DNA of 62,241 nucleotides, counting the filler, from Porpidia crustulata (taxonomy: Eukaryota): the NCBI GenBank assembly GCA_964255105.1. It is 5 parts of 5 records of this genome, joined end to end, with 100 filler letters (N's around TTAATTAATTAA, not from the genome) between each part and the next. Parts side by side here need not be neighbours in the genome. Positions count along the whole stretch, not along the records: positions 49,893 to 62,241 come from CAXUWE010000545.1; 4 more parts are not named here. The stretch is one strand, 5' to 3'. The notes under the pieces were generated by a model. That model made no database searches and was not told the DNA's origin. It worked only from the letters and a program-made list of their open reading frames with translations. Position numbers and translations under genes: made by a program. Numbering within the stretch: the stretch's first letter is position 1; each line of letters starts with the position of its first letter. Below are positions 49,893 through 62,185 of the stretch, one piece after another.

Positions 49893-51002
49893 GGGCATGT
49901 ATTGGCGGACCTCCTCGCGCAGACGGGATTGAATCTCGGGATGGGTGGAGAGGAGATGCAAGGTCCAGGCGACGCCGGTGGCGGTGGTGTCGTGGCCGGC
50001 GCCGAGGAAGGTCATGACCTGGTCGCGCATGGTTTCGAAGCTGAGTTTGTCGCCCGAGGCGGCGTCGGTCTTCATGTTATCCTTGACAATCAACGCGATA
50101 ATATCCTTATCCTTGGCGTGGGTTGCCGTCTGCTTCTCCCGGATGATCTCCGTCGCTTTGCTAAGAATGATGTTGCGGGATGCGAGCATATCGCGGTTCA
50201 TCTTGGCCGGCAGGTATTTTGTCAAAGGGATGAAGGCGGCCAGGCCGTGCAGGATGCGCGAGGAAATGTCAAAGGCGAAGACGAGGCGGTAGGCTTCACG
50301 GATGGGGGTTTCTGGGTGTTCGAGGGAGTCGAGGTGGGTGCCAAAGCCGGCTTCGCCGATGATGTCCAGGGTGGTGCGGTTGAGCCATTCGAGTACTTCA
50401 AAGGCTTTGCTGCTGACACCTTCCGCGTCCATGCTTTTTTCCCAAAGATGAGACAGCAGTAACGCCTTTCTTTGGAACACCGGTGCAAGAGCCCGAATGC
50501 TCTGAATACTGAAGCCGGGGGTAAGTGCTTTTCGTTGGCGTACGTGTGCGTCTCCTTCAGCGAGGAGCACACCTTCACCAAGGATACGGACCATCCATTG
50601 CTTGGCTCTATCCGGCTTGGGGTAGTTGTAGGGGTTTTTGACCGTCATTTGCTTGAGAGCTTCATCGTCGGCAATGGAGAGACGTTCGGCACCAAAAGGG
50701 AAGAAGTAACGAATGATGGGCCCATGGGTTTTGTGCCAGTCGCGCTGGGGAACACCGATTTCGGAGGTGATGATTGTGCGGAATTGACCCCATAGCGGAA
50801 AGCCAGGGACAGTTGGGACTTTCCGTAGTTCAGAAACGTAAAATGGGAAGATGTAAGAGACCCATGTCAACCAAATGGAAAAGGCAATGGCTGTCGAATA
50901 AGTGAGTGCGACGGCGGGGAGGATATCTGTGAGTCTAGTGACGAGGAGAGCCGAGAGGGAGGAGATGAGGAGGAGAGGTACTAGAGACACTTGGATAGCC
51001 AT
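49893..51002 (-). CDS. Cytochrome P450 monooxygenase, 3'-truncated by contig edge (ExxR and heme-binding Cys not in window)
   Basis: N-terminal membrane anchor, PTVPGFPLWG, GEGVLLAEGDAHVRQRKALTPGFS, TTLDIIGEAGFG, I-helix TFLGAGHDTT, HPEIQSRLREE. Confidence 0.93.
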
Positions 51003-51017
51003 GACGAACAATTGTTG

Positions 51018-51142
51018 CTGGATCGTGGTACTGGGATTTGTGAATGAAGATAGAGGAGGAGAGAATTGGAGAGATATTACTGGATCCTGGTACTGGGATT
51101 TGTGAGATGAGGGTAGAGGAGGAGAGAACTGGAGACATATAA
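51018..51142. repeat. 62/63-bp tandem duplication immediately upstream of the P450 start codon
   Basis: Copies at 51018-51079 and 51080-51142 (CTGGATCsTGGTACTGGGATTTGTGA...TAGAGGAGGAGAGAAyTGGAGAsATAT) differ by about six substitutions and one indel. Confidence 0.88.
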
Positions 51143-53672
51143 ACAAAATCCCCACAAGTCCATGGAGACAGGAAAGCAACCGAACTTCGCTACAATGAGT
51201 ATCCGAACCAAAGCAGCAAAAAGAGCTACCCTAGGAAGTCCCTAGCGCCGTCGTCCGTCGAGCACTCGAGCAAGCCACCAAGTCGTCACTTGGCATCCAA
51301 AGCAGACAGTATCACATGGAAACAGCACCGAAGAGAAGCCCCCAACGTAATCAGACTTGGCTACGTCAATGGCTCACTTCGTGTTTCGGGCCAGGTCGCA
51401 CCAGTTCAGTTCCCACATCAAGGAATGGCCCTGGATGAACCCGTCCCACCAGCGCCACCAGCACCGTCGGATCTCCCAAATGGTAAAGCAGCAGTCCCAA
51501 AGCATGCGGGCATGGGGAGAATTTCTTGATACGATACGTGATCCTCCATCTGCCGACACTAAACACGAGTGTCATGCGCCTTGGGGGCATTCGGGACGCT
51601 TGCCAAGAGACGTGCATCGGACAATATGCCTCATCAGTCGTTGCATAGATCAGACAGGAAGCGCTGGTGCACAGATGCAGCTAAGGTGTCTGTGCCGACG
51701 TTGAGATGCAGTGGAGATCAGGGGGGGGGGGTAAGGTGGTTGGGTAGGCTGGATGGGTGACAATTAGCATGATTGTGGGAATTTGAGTTGGTAGAGAATT
51801 AGAGCTCAAAAGAGGCTTAAGCCACCATTTTTGGCCTTGGTTCTCAATCTCACCGAATCGTAGACTTTGTCATCACGACATCTGGACTGGTTCCCCAAGA
51901 TGATTTGGCCACGTTTACCCGCCGATTCTCATCAGGCTTCAGCGCCAATAAGTAGCTAGTCTGAAGTAAGGTTGACCAAGCTTGAGCAAGGTTGGAGCTG
52001 ACGGATAGAGTGAACTGCAGGGTTCGCCTACTGTGATAAGAGATGCGGATCAATCTCCTGCTTGAGCCCTTCGCTCTTATTCCGCAGTGGAAGTGGGGGT
52101 ATTGGTATGGGTGGGCATGTGTAAGTATGTCTTGTCTGGTATCATTGTATCCCTCCGTACCGAAACCGAAACCGAAACCAATACCGCCTGTTTCACATGT
52201 TTGATGGATGGCTATGAGGCAGCAGCCTGATTGCCCAAATTGCCCAATTCGGCTGTTGCGCTGTAAGCGGGGTCGCCAGCAGTCCGGAGTCACACACTTT
52301 GGCTGACTCGGGACTGTGTATGGCAGGCAAGGACCGCGGCTCGGGAACCCGATGGGTGTGGCTGATTTAACGATGAACACCAAGTATGATCGAGAGGAGT
52401 CGAGTTGGAGAGTCAGCAGTCATACAGGCTATTGGCCTATCACAAGATGTCGGCCCGCTTGATTTGATTGGTGTCGATTAGGATTGCGGGAATGCTAGCC
52501 GGGATTAACATCTTAATCTTGTTCCTTTGCACGTATGTCTATGTAGTCAGTATCTTCACTCTATGATGAAGGAACCACGGCTGAACAACAACTTCCCCGA
52601 TCTAATCTCCTTTGAGTTCCCGGCATCAGTCTCGACGTTCCGAGCAATGTGAATTTGTAATCGATCGAGCTAGTCCGGGGGGGCGAGATGGGTCTCTCAC
52701 ATTAGAAACACCAACAAACAATGTCGTTTCAGTGGTAGGGACGATGGTGTCATTTCCATTTGGACCATCTACTCAACTATTAATCCAAGTAGACAGAGCG
52801 CTTACCATACTTCCATTGGGGATCCACTGTGAAGCGTAATCAGACATGATTCACCAACCGTGAAGAGTCACGGGTATCAACAACCGACTGTGCCATCCGA
52901 GCACATTGACAGGCTGCCACATGTGACCGAGGGAAATATGGCGGGAAGACTCGACTATCAATTACTCATCGACTCTTTCTCGGAGTTTCTCGATTCTGTT
53001 CCAACTAACTTTCAGGGCGTATGCAGGGAGCGAAGTCAAATTAAGGTTCTTTTCACTCTAGTTCTTAGTTGCACTTTAGACTTCTTATCGGTCGTTCAAG
53101 GCTTGGGATAGGATGGGTTGGTAGGGGAGGGAAATGGTGGTGTGTCGTCTGCGAAATGGCAGGGTTTTCATGACCGCGTATTGTACGCTTAGCGGTATCA
53201 TGAGGTCGCTAGCATGCTCCCTGTTGAGATTGACAGGAACGGTCCGCCCTCCCTTATCTTGCCCCAGCTGGCTGATCTTATCCGCGGCCGCTTCCCCATT
53301 CGGCCATATCATGGCACCTTATCTTTGCGGCGCAAGCCACAGTGATTTGAGCAGGGATTCACCAAGGTAAAGACGGTGTATTGTTCGTTATTACACCACA
53401 ACCGCCTGTTAATATCCTCTTTCCAGAATAATTCTTGTGTCAGGTACGCTTGTATTTATGTAACATAATTAATATTTCCTCCCCCACTACACCATTACAA
53501 ATACCCCACAACGTGAATGTCAATACAAGGCAGACGACCGAGGTCTAAAAATAATACTCCTACAAACTCCAACCCCTCCAGATACCCGCGTGATTCCGTC
53601 CGTCGTGGAATCTTCCGTCGCTTGCTTGACCTTGTCTCCCGCTCCGACGCATGCGCAATCGTCGCACAGACT

Positions 53673-54871
53673 TCAGTCCTTCTTCATTCCCATCATCGGC
53701 ATTTCAGAGCCGGTGACCACGGCACTCGCGTGCTTCAGTGCCGCATTAGTTGCCTTGAGTGCGGTAATGGCAGTGTCGTCAATCTCTGATAAGGTCGGGA
53801 TTTGCGTATGCTCCATGTCCGACACCGCATGCACCGTGACAGCCACTTGAGTATCTTTCTTGCTCGACTTCTTGTATGTCGTTGCGTAGAAAGAGAGGAA
53901 GAGGAAGAGGTACGATGACAGAATGGCGCATCCGGTCAGAGCGGCGAACGGCTCCCCTGCGCATTTGCCGACGTGGGGGAGTGCTTGGAGGTATGTGCTG
54001 GCGAGGTAATTGTACGTCGCAAAGTACACGAAGCCTGGTACATGGATTAGTCGATGACAAGGTATATGTCAAGATTTTTGGTTGCTCACCGAGATCAATG
54101 ACGAATTGGATGATCTGAAGCCGGGTGATCCACTTCTTCCATGTAATGCGGATGCCCCGTGCGCTCTGGAAATAATACCAATACATGACCACATGAACCA
54201 TGAGGTTCAGTGTAATCGGGACCCAAGAGACCGGGGTGTGACCAATGAGTTGCGTGTAACAGAGTAACGCAGTCGCTCCATGGTGGTAGCAATGGAGAAA
54301 GGCTAGACGATGTCAGTGGACATAACCTCCAGGGAAGGCCAGACTTACTCAATGGCTTCTTCTTGAGAACCAAAAACACTGTATCAAGTAGTTCGACATA
54401 TTTGGTGAGGTAATTCAACTATTTCGGTCAGCGGATGGTCTATTATGGGAAGGTATCACCAACATAGTACAAAGTCGTTAATTCCTTTGTCCACCCCGAG
54501 CCGCCACAAATAGCATCATAAACACCGTAACTCCACAGAGATGGAACCAGCTGTTCAATGAAGAGTGCCAGCAGAGACCCACTGATAACAGTCAAGTAGA
54601 AATTGTGGATGAGGAACAGGTCGTTGAGTTTGTAGGCCGGCCGACTTCTCATGACTTCTCTGCCGCCAAGGATAATGATGTAGTATAGTGTGATGGTAAT
54701 GGCGGTTTCTTTGACCGTGGTCATGGGAGTTTTGCCCTCGTTGATCCGGAAGCTGGCCGCTGGATATCCCATGGCGGCTTGCCATAACTTGTCGAATGAA
54801 GCCCATGGCGAGCTGAGAGTAAGTCCTGCAGACTTGAGATCGAATGGGCTTTGAGCGTGACTGAAAGACAT
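53673..54871 (-). CDS. Fatty-acid elongase (GNS1/SUR4, ELO family condensing enzyme), 4 exons
   Basis: [28 protein letters not shown], histidine box [42 protein letters not shown]-terminus ends KKD (ER-retrieval-like). Confidence 0.95.
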
Positions 54872-56160
54872 GTTGGATGGAGATGGATATTGACTTGCTA
54901 ATTGAGAATGTAATCTAGAGGACAGGGACTTTGTCAAATATGAAGAGATCTTGAAAGTGCAGGGGACCAGATGAACCTATTGCCAAGAAAGCGATAGTCT
55001 CCTAGCCAAGCGAAAAACAAGCCCTCGAGGTATAACACAACGCCAATGATGGCAGTGGCTTTCCTTCTGAGATAGCCCCCTCCCGCGAATGCTCCGAAAG
55101 AGAACAGTTCCGGCGTTGTAGCCTCTCCGGGTACCCGTGCAGCCAGTCCAGATGTCGGATTCAGACATAGTCTGCTTCTGTTGGGTCCAAACATTTAATC
55201 TTACCGCCTGACTGGGACCCACATTTCGATCGTCATTCATGTAACCCTAATCGTATGAGAAAACGGGACCACCGTAGCAGGGCCAACAGGCTAAGGTATG
55301 AAGAAAGGTTTGAGAAAGTCAGGGCAGAGGCCTTGCGCTAATGCAGTGGTAGATCTATAGGGAATTTTTTCAGTTCAGGTCTAATGATTGTATCTAGCCG
55401 ATAAGAAAAGCTGACAAGTACATTTGAACCGAAGCCGAAGACATGCTTTTCGAGTGAGGTGTCCATAGGCGGAAATGTGTCGGATATCGGTACCGTAGCG
55501 GCTATAGCATTGACTGAGTTCTTGTGTAACACAAACAAGAGAACGAGATATGCTGAACACGCATTTCTTCTGCATCCTTTCCGCTTACAAGAGTCTCCAG
55601 GATCAGGCGCCGCTGACGGATGTATCTGGTTGGGTACCAAGGACCCGAAGATCGAGACAAGTGTCCCATGGATATGCATTGCGTGCATTGTCGGTGATAC
55701 CATGATCCCCGACAAAGCATGGTGGTTGTTATGCAAGAGCGCAGCTGGGGACAACACGAGGTGACTGCTGCAGGAAGAGCTTTGTTGTCGGACTTCTCCA
55801 TTCACATGCAGTGCTAGTGAGTAAACATTAAACACAAATCATACCACCATCGACCAGTATTGCAGTCATATCAGAGGCCGGAGCCTTGTCCTCCATCCAG
55901 CGCAAGAAGCGGTTGGGGCGTCGCGTACTAGTAGCATGGTAGCTGGAAGGCTTTGGGTTTGAGATCTCCTAGTCGTCGACTACTCTGGTGGTGTTGCGGA
56001 TGGCTTGTAAGCTGGCTGATACGGCTGAATTGGCTTGGTGAGGTAGCAAATCGTGAGGGTGTTCAAGCGCCCGATATCATTTCAGGATGATTTGGCTGGT
56101 GGGCTTTTAGACCGGGCTAACCCGATCGGGTAACTCTAACTTCATTGGCCATCCTCTCGT

Positions 56161-56190
56161 TGGTTGCATTTGGTTACATTTGGTTGCATG
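56161..56190. repeat. Three copies of a 10-bp tandem repeat (TGGTTGCATT) in the divergent ELO/thioesterase intergenic region
   Basis: TGGTTGCATT TGGTTACATT TGGTTGCATG. Confidence 0.8.
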
Positions 56191-56640
56191 GGTTTCACTA
56201 TCCCCGGCTCGTAGTTGTGGCTGCTCGGTGCTGAACCATTTTGCCCTAACATGTCGATCTTTCCCAGGAGTGATCATCATCCCTGGTCGGTCTTACTCGA
56301 AATTAGTACGCTTCGGTGTCAATTTCATGGCCGCTTGAGCGAGCATGTCTCCAAACGCCGCATCAGATGATGGTTTCCAAGCAAACCACAGCGGAACTGA
56401 CTCGGCCTGCAGCCCCCTAATGAAATCCGTGGAAAGGGAAATTTACTAGTCGCTACTATGGGGTCCGTATCAACCGTGACCGGTTGAGGTCATGGGAAAT
56501 GGACCCGTAACTTCGACCAGTCCCTATCTCTCTACTACTTTATACCACTCCGGTCCTTCCATTACCTTGTTCCTTGTTGTAGACTTGATCTTTAAAATCC
56601 CACCTCCCCGGTCCTGGAGTCACTATCAAGCCTTTGCACA

Positions 56641-57860
56641 ATGAATTCCTCTATCATGTACTCAAGCTTTGACATACCCGTTGCTGGAGAACCTGTTACC
56701 CAAAGTCTCTCTCAAGCCTTGACCTTGTCAACGTTATGGAAGTTGCTGTTTGTGCTATTACTACTCGGCAACCTTAAGAACCTGCCTTTGGTGTGGCATG
56801 TAAGTACTTCAGCTCTTGTCATATGGGACCTATCTAATTCGAGATACCAGACACGTCTTCTCAATGGGTTCCGATTTGTACTGCGTTCGGAACGGGCGAG
56901 GGCTGGTCCTACGCCCGCTCAGCTCTTCCAGCCCATGATTACCGCTTCGCATGCTCCCCTAACAGAAATCGATTATAATATCCACAGTGAGTTCTCACTG
57001 CCTGTCCTATTGCAAACACCAGTGGCTGATATCATCTGCCAGAATCCAATAGCACATACTTTTCTGATTTAGACATTGCTCGTAGCCATCTTTTATGTAC
57101 ATTATTCTCCGTTGGCATCGAAGAAGCACGAAAAACCAAATCCTCCGGCATCATTGGCGGCGGTAACAGCTCATTCGGAGTCGCACTTGGTGCGGTCAGC
57201 TGCTCATTCCGAAAAGAACTCCGACCTTACGAACAGTACGAGATGTGGACTCGAGTCTTATCTTGGGATCGAAAATGGCTCTACCTTGTCACCCACTTTG
57301 TACGCAAGGATAAAGTCAAGCCCCGCGCATTTACTCTCTACCCCGGTCAAAAGAACGACAGCAGTGATATGAAGCATCTCGACCGGAAAGAAGACGCCAT
57401 CGTGGCCTCGGCTCTCAGCAAATGCGTATTCAAGAAAGGTCGGTTAACCATTGCGCCCGAGACGATGCTACAAGCTTCTGGTCTACTGCCACCTCGACCG
57501 GGCGACAACAGTCATTTGGCGACTATCGAACTTCCCATCCCAAGCAAGCGGAAATTGTCCACCGAGATTCTCGACGTACCGTTCCGTGCCTTTGAGGCGG
57601 CCGATGCAATTTGGGATGCGGCCAAGCAGAGTCTGTTCCCACAGCCAGCGGTGGCGACGGATGATGGGTTTGCCAATGGGCTAAAGAAAGAAGAGGCCGA
57701 GGAGTGGACGTGGCGGAAGATCGAGGACGAGCGTGCCCGTGGAATGGAGTTGGCCAATCTACTACGAGGGCTCGAGGGCTTGGAACAGGAGTTCACGGCA
57801 GATGCAGAAGCATTAGGGAGGCATAGTGATTTGTGGTGGCTATTAGGATTGACTTACTAA
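56641..57860 (+). CDS. Hot-dog-fold thioesterase (THEM6/LcsJ-like family), 3 exons
   Basis: NLKNLPLVWH, PLTEIDYNIH/KSNSTYFSDLDIARSH, LGAVSCSFRKELRPYEQYEMWTRVLSWDRKWLYLVTHFV, ASALSKCVFKKGRLTIAPE. Exons at ~56641-56799, 56851-56986, 57043-57860. Confidence 0.88.
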
Positions 57861-59385
57861 TTACTATTGTAGCGCTGGTGTTTAGTCCGGTTCTTGTGTT
57901 TAGTTGCCTTGTTTAGACTCGATATTCCCCAATCTCGTACGGGATCTAGTATAGTGACCATATCCACTATTTACACTTCACACACCATTAGAGTCTATCA
58001 GTTTAAAGTACCATATCATGACTCGAGGGAGAATTCTGACTGCCTCCATTGGATTGATGGGTCTTCATTTGGAGACCAAAGTTGGATTAGTAAGAGCAGC
58101 GTGGTCAAGCGTCGGGTGTTAGTGCTGCTGTCTATTGATGTCATCGATCCAGGATGCTGACATGCGACCGAGCCAGGGGGACCGATTAAGCTTTTATTCG
58201 CCTGTGATTATGCATAATCTGTAAGATTACAGCAGGGATACCGTAATAAATACTTGGCAGGGATTTTTGATACAGGTATCGCCCTGGTATGCATCCCTGA
58301 TCACTGTTGCATACGATCGACATAATCGACGAGACTTCAACGTGTTTCTTAATCTTTATCATGCTCTCCGATTGGCTGTTTAACCAGCCAGCCACCACCC
58401 AGGCTAACTTCCTTGGCGACTGCTCGTATTCCGCAGTGTATGATTCAGTATCTCAATCTGTCTGATCCCTCTATCCCACCCTGTTATCTACTGGCTCGCT
58501 GTAACCACGGCATCTCACTAGTACGGAACACAATACTCCCACTATACTCTACTCACTCTACTTACTCAAAGGAGAGACCGCCCGAGAGAAACCATGTACC
58601 CAGTACATCTACACTATCTTCATCTAGTGTCTTTCCCTGGCCAAGCACTCCTCGAGCCTTGCTTTCTATCCTATCCTGATTTTTCCGACAACAGCCGTCT
58701 ACCAGATCATGTCTCGGTACATCAAAGCGAAGTCGAAATCTACCACGCTGGTTTATGCACGTGCAGATATGCATCCGCAATAGATTACATGCTGGACTTG
58801 GGAACCAGTACGACTCTCCGCCGAGCATCGACCATCTTATCCTCTATCCGCTCGAATAGGCCAATTGCGAGACGAAACCCACTTTCGCTTCCTTATTCCC
58901 AAAGCAACGGACACCACAGCACCGAACGCTGCCAACCCTCAGCACCTACGCCTTGTACATACGCTCCCTCTGACTGGCTCGTATCTCTCAACCCTCCAAC
59001 CCTTGGAAATTCAACAGCCTGTCTCTTGCCTTCCTCGTGGCCGCTTGATTGCCTTTGGTGGCTTGCATGCCAGCGGAAAAGTTGGCAGGCAAAGGACGAG
59101 AAGCTGATCAGTGGCCACGTAATGCTATGACGCTACAGAGATTGAAGTGCTTTTCGTCGAGGACTGCAAGCACGTCTCCCCTAGCCGTGGTGGCCCGATA
59201 GCCTGTTGCGGGCAAGCTCGAGGCGGCATCCTCGACCCAAGAGACGCCGACCCATCGCCCGTCATATTGCCCACAGTGAGGCACGAACCCGATCTTGTGG
59301 CAAGGGTCTGATCTTGACAAACAGCGTCATAGTTGTTCCGGCGACAGCGACGCTGCTCTGGATGCTGTGCTGCGGTCACTGAACC

Positions 59386-62185
59386 ATGTCTGGTGTCTCT
59401 GGTCCACAAGCGTCGGTGCCTGATTCTGTTAATACCCTGAGGGCAATTCGTGACAGCAGTTCCACGATAGGGAATCAGCACAGGATGAATCGAGCAAGCG
59501 CCAAAGCAAGCAGGAGCACCTCGCTCAGCGAGGTGACTTCGTTGTCCAGGTTCAGCGATTCGGCGTCAGATATGGGCGATCCGGAGAAACGTGTCATGTC
59601 CCATGACAGTTTGGCTTCCAGGGCTCAAGACATGAAAATTGAAGGACTGACAATGAAGCGAATGATGACCCCAGATCTGGAGGAGAATAGAACGCCTAAC
59701 GAAGATGTCTCGAAGCCAGCAGACAGTGGCGAATATCCTGGACCATTGGCACTTTCTCTCCTCACCATTGGTATATGCTTGTCAGTGTTTCTGGTGTCAC
59801 TAGATAGGACCATTGTGGCCACGGTATAAAATCTCATCCATCGACCGTACTACGCTAATCTTACTACTCAGGCTATTCCTCGAATTACCGATGAATTCCA
59901 TTCTTATGCCGACGTGGGCTGGTATGGCAGTGCCTATCTCGTCACTGCCAGCGCCCTCCAACCCACTTATGGTCGAATCTTTACACTATTTGACATCAAG
60001 TGGTCTTTTCTCGGTGCCATGGCCACCTTCGAAATCGGAAGTCTCATCTGCGGTGTTGCGCCAAACTCCGTCGTTCTTATAATTGGTCGAGCTATTGCTG
60101 GATTTGGGAGCGCAGGCATTGTGACTGGCTCTTTTGTGGTGGTGGCACATAGTGTTCCGTTGGTGAAGAGACCTGTGTATACCGGCATGGTCGGAGTCAT
60201 GTGCGCAGAGTCCATATGCTACATGAGAGGATTGCTGACGCGATATACAGGTTCGGCCTTGGAGCTGTCGTTGGACCTCTACTCGGTGGTGTTTTTACGG
60301 ATCGTCTGACATGGCGTTGGTGGTATGACTCGTCACCCTGTCTGATTTTCGACTAGATTCTGACAACATCAGCTTCTATTTCAATCTTCCTGTCGGGGGT
60401 TTCACTGTTGCTGCCATGGTATTTCTATTTAGGCCTCAAAAAGAAACTTCCGAAAATATTCCACTGCTGCAGAAAATCTTACGACTGGATCCCATGGGAA
60501 ATGTCTTATTACTGGTAGCATCGGTAATGTTCTTTCTATCATTACAATACAACGAATTAGGCTTTGCATGGGGCAGCGCCCGGATAATTGGCTTACTTGC
60601 CGCTTCTGGTGTCGTTGCAATCATCTTCATCGTCTGGAACCGTTTCAAAGGCGATGAAGCCCTGATACCACCAAGAATTATCAACCAGCGCAGTGTTGCT
60701 GTCAGTTGTGTGGCTGCTTTCTTCATTTACGGCGTCATGTTGATCCATTCGTACTTTCTACCGATTTATTTCCAAGCCATCAGAGGTACCAGCCCAATTG
60801 GTTCAGGCGTCGACATGATCGCATACATGCTCGCGAATGCCTTCTTGTCGCTATTCACTGGTATTTTCGTCTCAAAGGTTGGCTATTACACCCCACCGGC
60901 TATCGTCGGCGGTGCCATTGCAACTGTCGGTTGTGGACTTTTGAGCACGCTCCAGATTAACACGCCAACTTCTCAATGGATCGGATATGAAGTGCTAGTT
61001 GCAGCAGGACTTGGAATGGCCATTCAGCAAGGTTTCATAGCTGTTCAAACCGTTCTTCCCTTGGAACAAATCCCCATAGGTGTCGCGGCAATAGCATCGT
61101 TCCAAAGTCTGGGTGGTTCGGTCTTTGTTTCGGTTGCCAACAGTATTTTACAGAATGCACTGCTCAAGGCTTCATCTTCCAATCAAATACCCGGCGTTGA
61201 CATTCATCATGTCATTTCTGCCGGGGCAACCATGTTTCGGACTTTTGTCCCTTCCGCGTCTCTTCCTGCGTTATTGAGCGTCTACAATGCCGCTCTACAA
61301 AAAGTCTTCGTCACTCCAATCCCACTAGCAGGCCTAGCCTTTGTTGCGGCTCTGGGCTTGGAGTGGAGGAGCGTAAAAGGGGGTAAGGAAAAGGCGATGG
61401 AGACTTTACAAGAAATACAAGACGAAACGGGAGATGATCCATTACGAACAAGCGAAAGCCACGATCCAGAAAAGACCATCAACCCGTTCGACTCTGAGCG
61501 GGCTTCCAGAATATGTCCAGAACCTGGCAGCCAAGATCCAAGCATTGTACGAAAACGAGGAAGCGTCAAGAGCGCCCGAGAATCTCTCGGAGCGTCCAGA
61601 GAGTTCATAACCGACCTTCATGGCATACTGCGAAGCAGTAGTACCACCCCACGACCCGAGCTCTCTGAAAAACACGACCATGGCACGATCTCGCCAGACC
61701 CACGTAGACTCTCACCACACTATTTATCGGAAACTTCCGAAACCTCGCACGAACCACGAAGCGAAGAGGACCCTGCGCTCGTCAGTGAGACTGACGCACG
61801 AGAATTCTGGGTCGCGCCTAAACAAAGCCGAAAACCCTCACCTAAGAAAGCACAAGATTCCATACCCCTTCCGCCCGACCTCGAGCCTTCTCCCGTTCGC
61901 GACTCACCTTCATCTGGATCCCCCGCACGAGGCCGCCAGCCCTTGAAAGCCCTCCATAGTCCCTCCGCCAACCCTGAGCCATCAACCAACCCCAAAACTC
62001 CAACAACCTCCAAAGAATCCCGCCCCGACGAGAAGACGTCGAAACTACGGAAACTGCTTGCCTCGGAGACGTACGAGGCGCTATTGAAGGCGCGCAGGGA
62101 GATTGACGAGGAGCTGCAGAGCCGAAGGGGGGTTGATGTCATGGATCGCGTGATTGAGAGTTTTGGGTATCAGCGGGGTGTTTGA
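59386..62185 (+). CDS. MFS efflux pump, DHA2 (14-TM; AflT/GliA-like) family, with a long C-terminal tail, 4 exons
   Basis: LVSLDRTIVAT/AIPRITDEFHS, WYGSAYL, GRAIAG, WRWC/FYFNLP, LPIYFQAI, EWRSVK. Exons at ~59386-59823, 59871-60200, 60251-60321, 60373-62185. Confidence 0.93.

Noticed and set aside
47738..51002. PI-PLC as a member of the lipid cluster with the P450 and elongase
   Set aside because: The two are separated by an artificial spacer, and both genes are truncated there.
51850..52383. 177-aa ORF between the P450 and ELO (similarly 55338..55835 and 58594..59130) as extra cluster genes
   Set aside because: Mostly non-ATG starts, composition unlike real proteins, and a (CCGAAA)n microsatellite in the first; no domain evidence.
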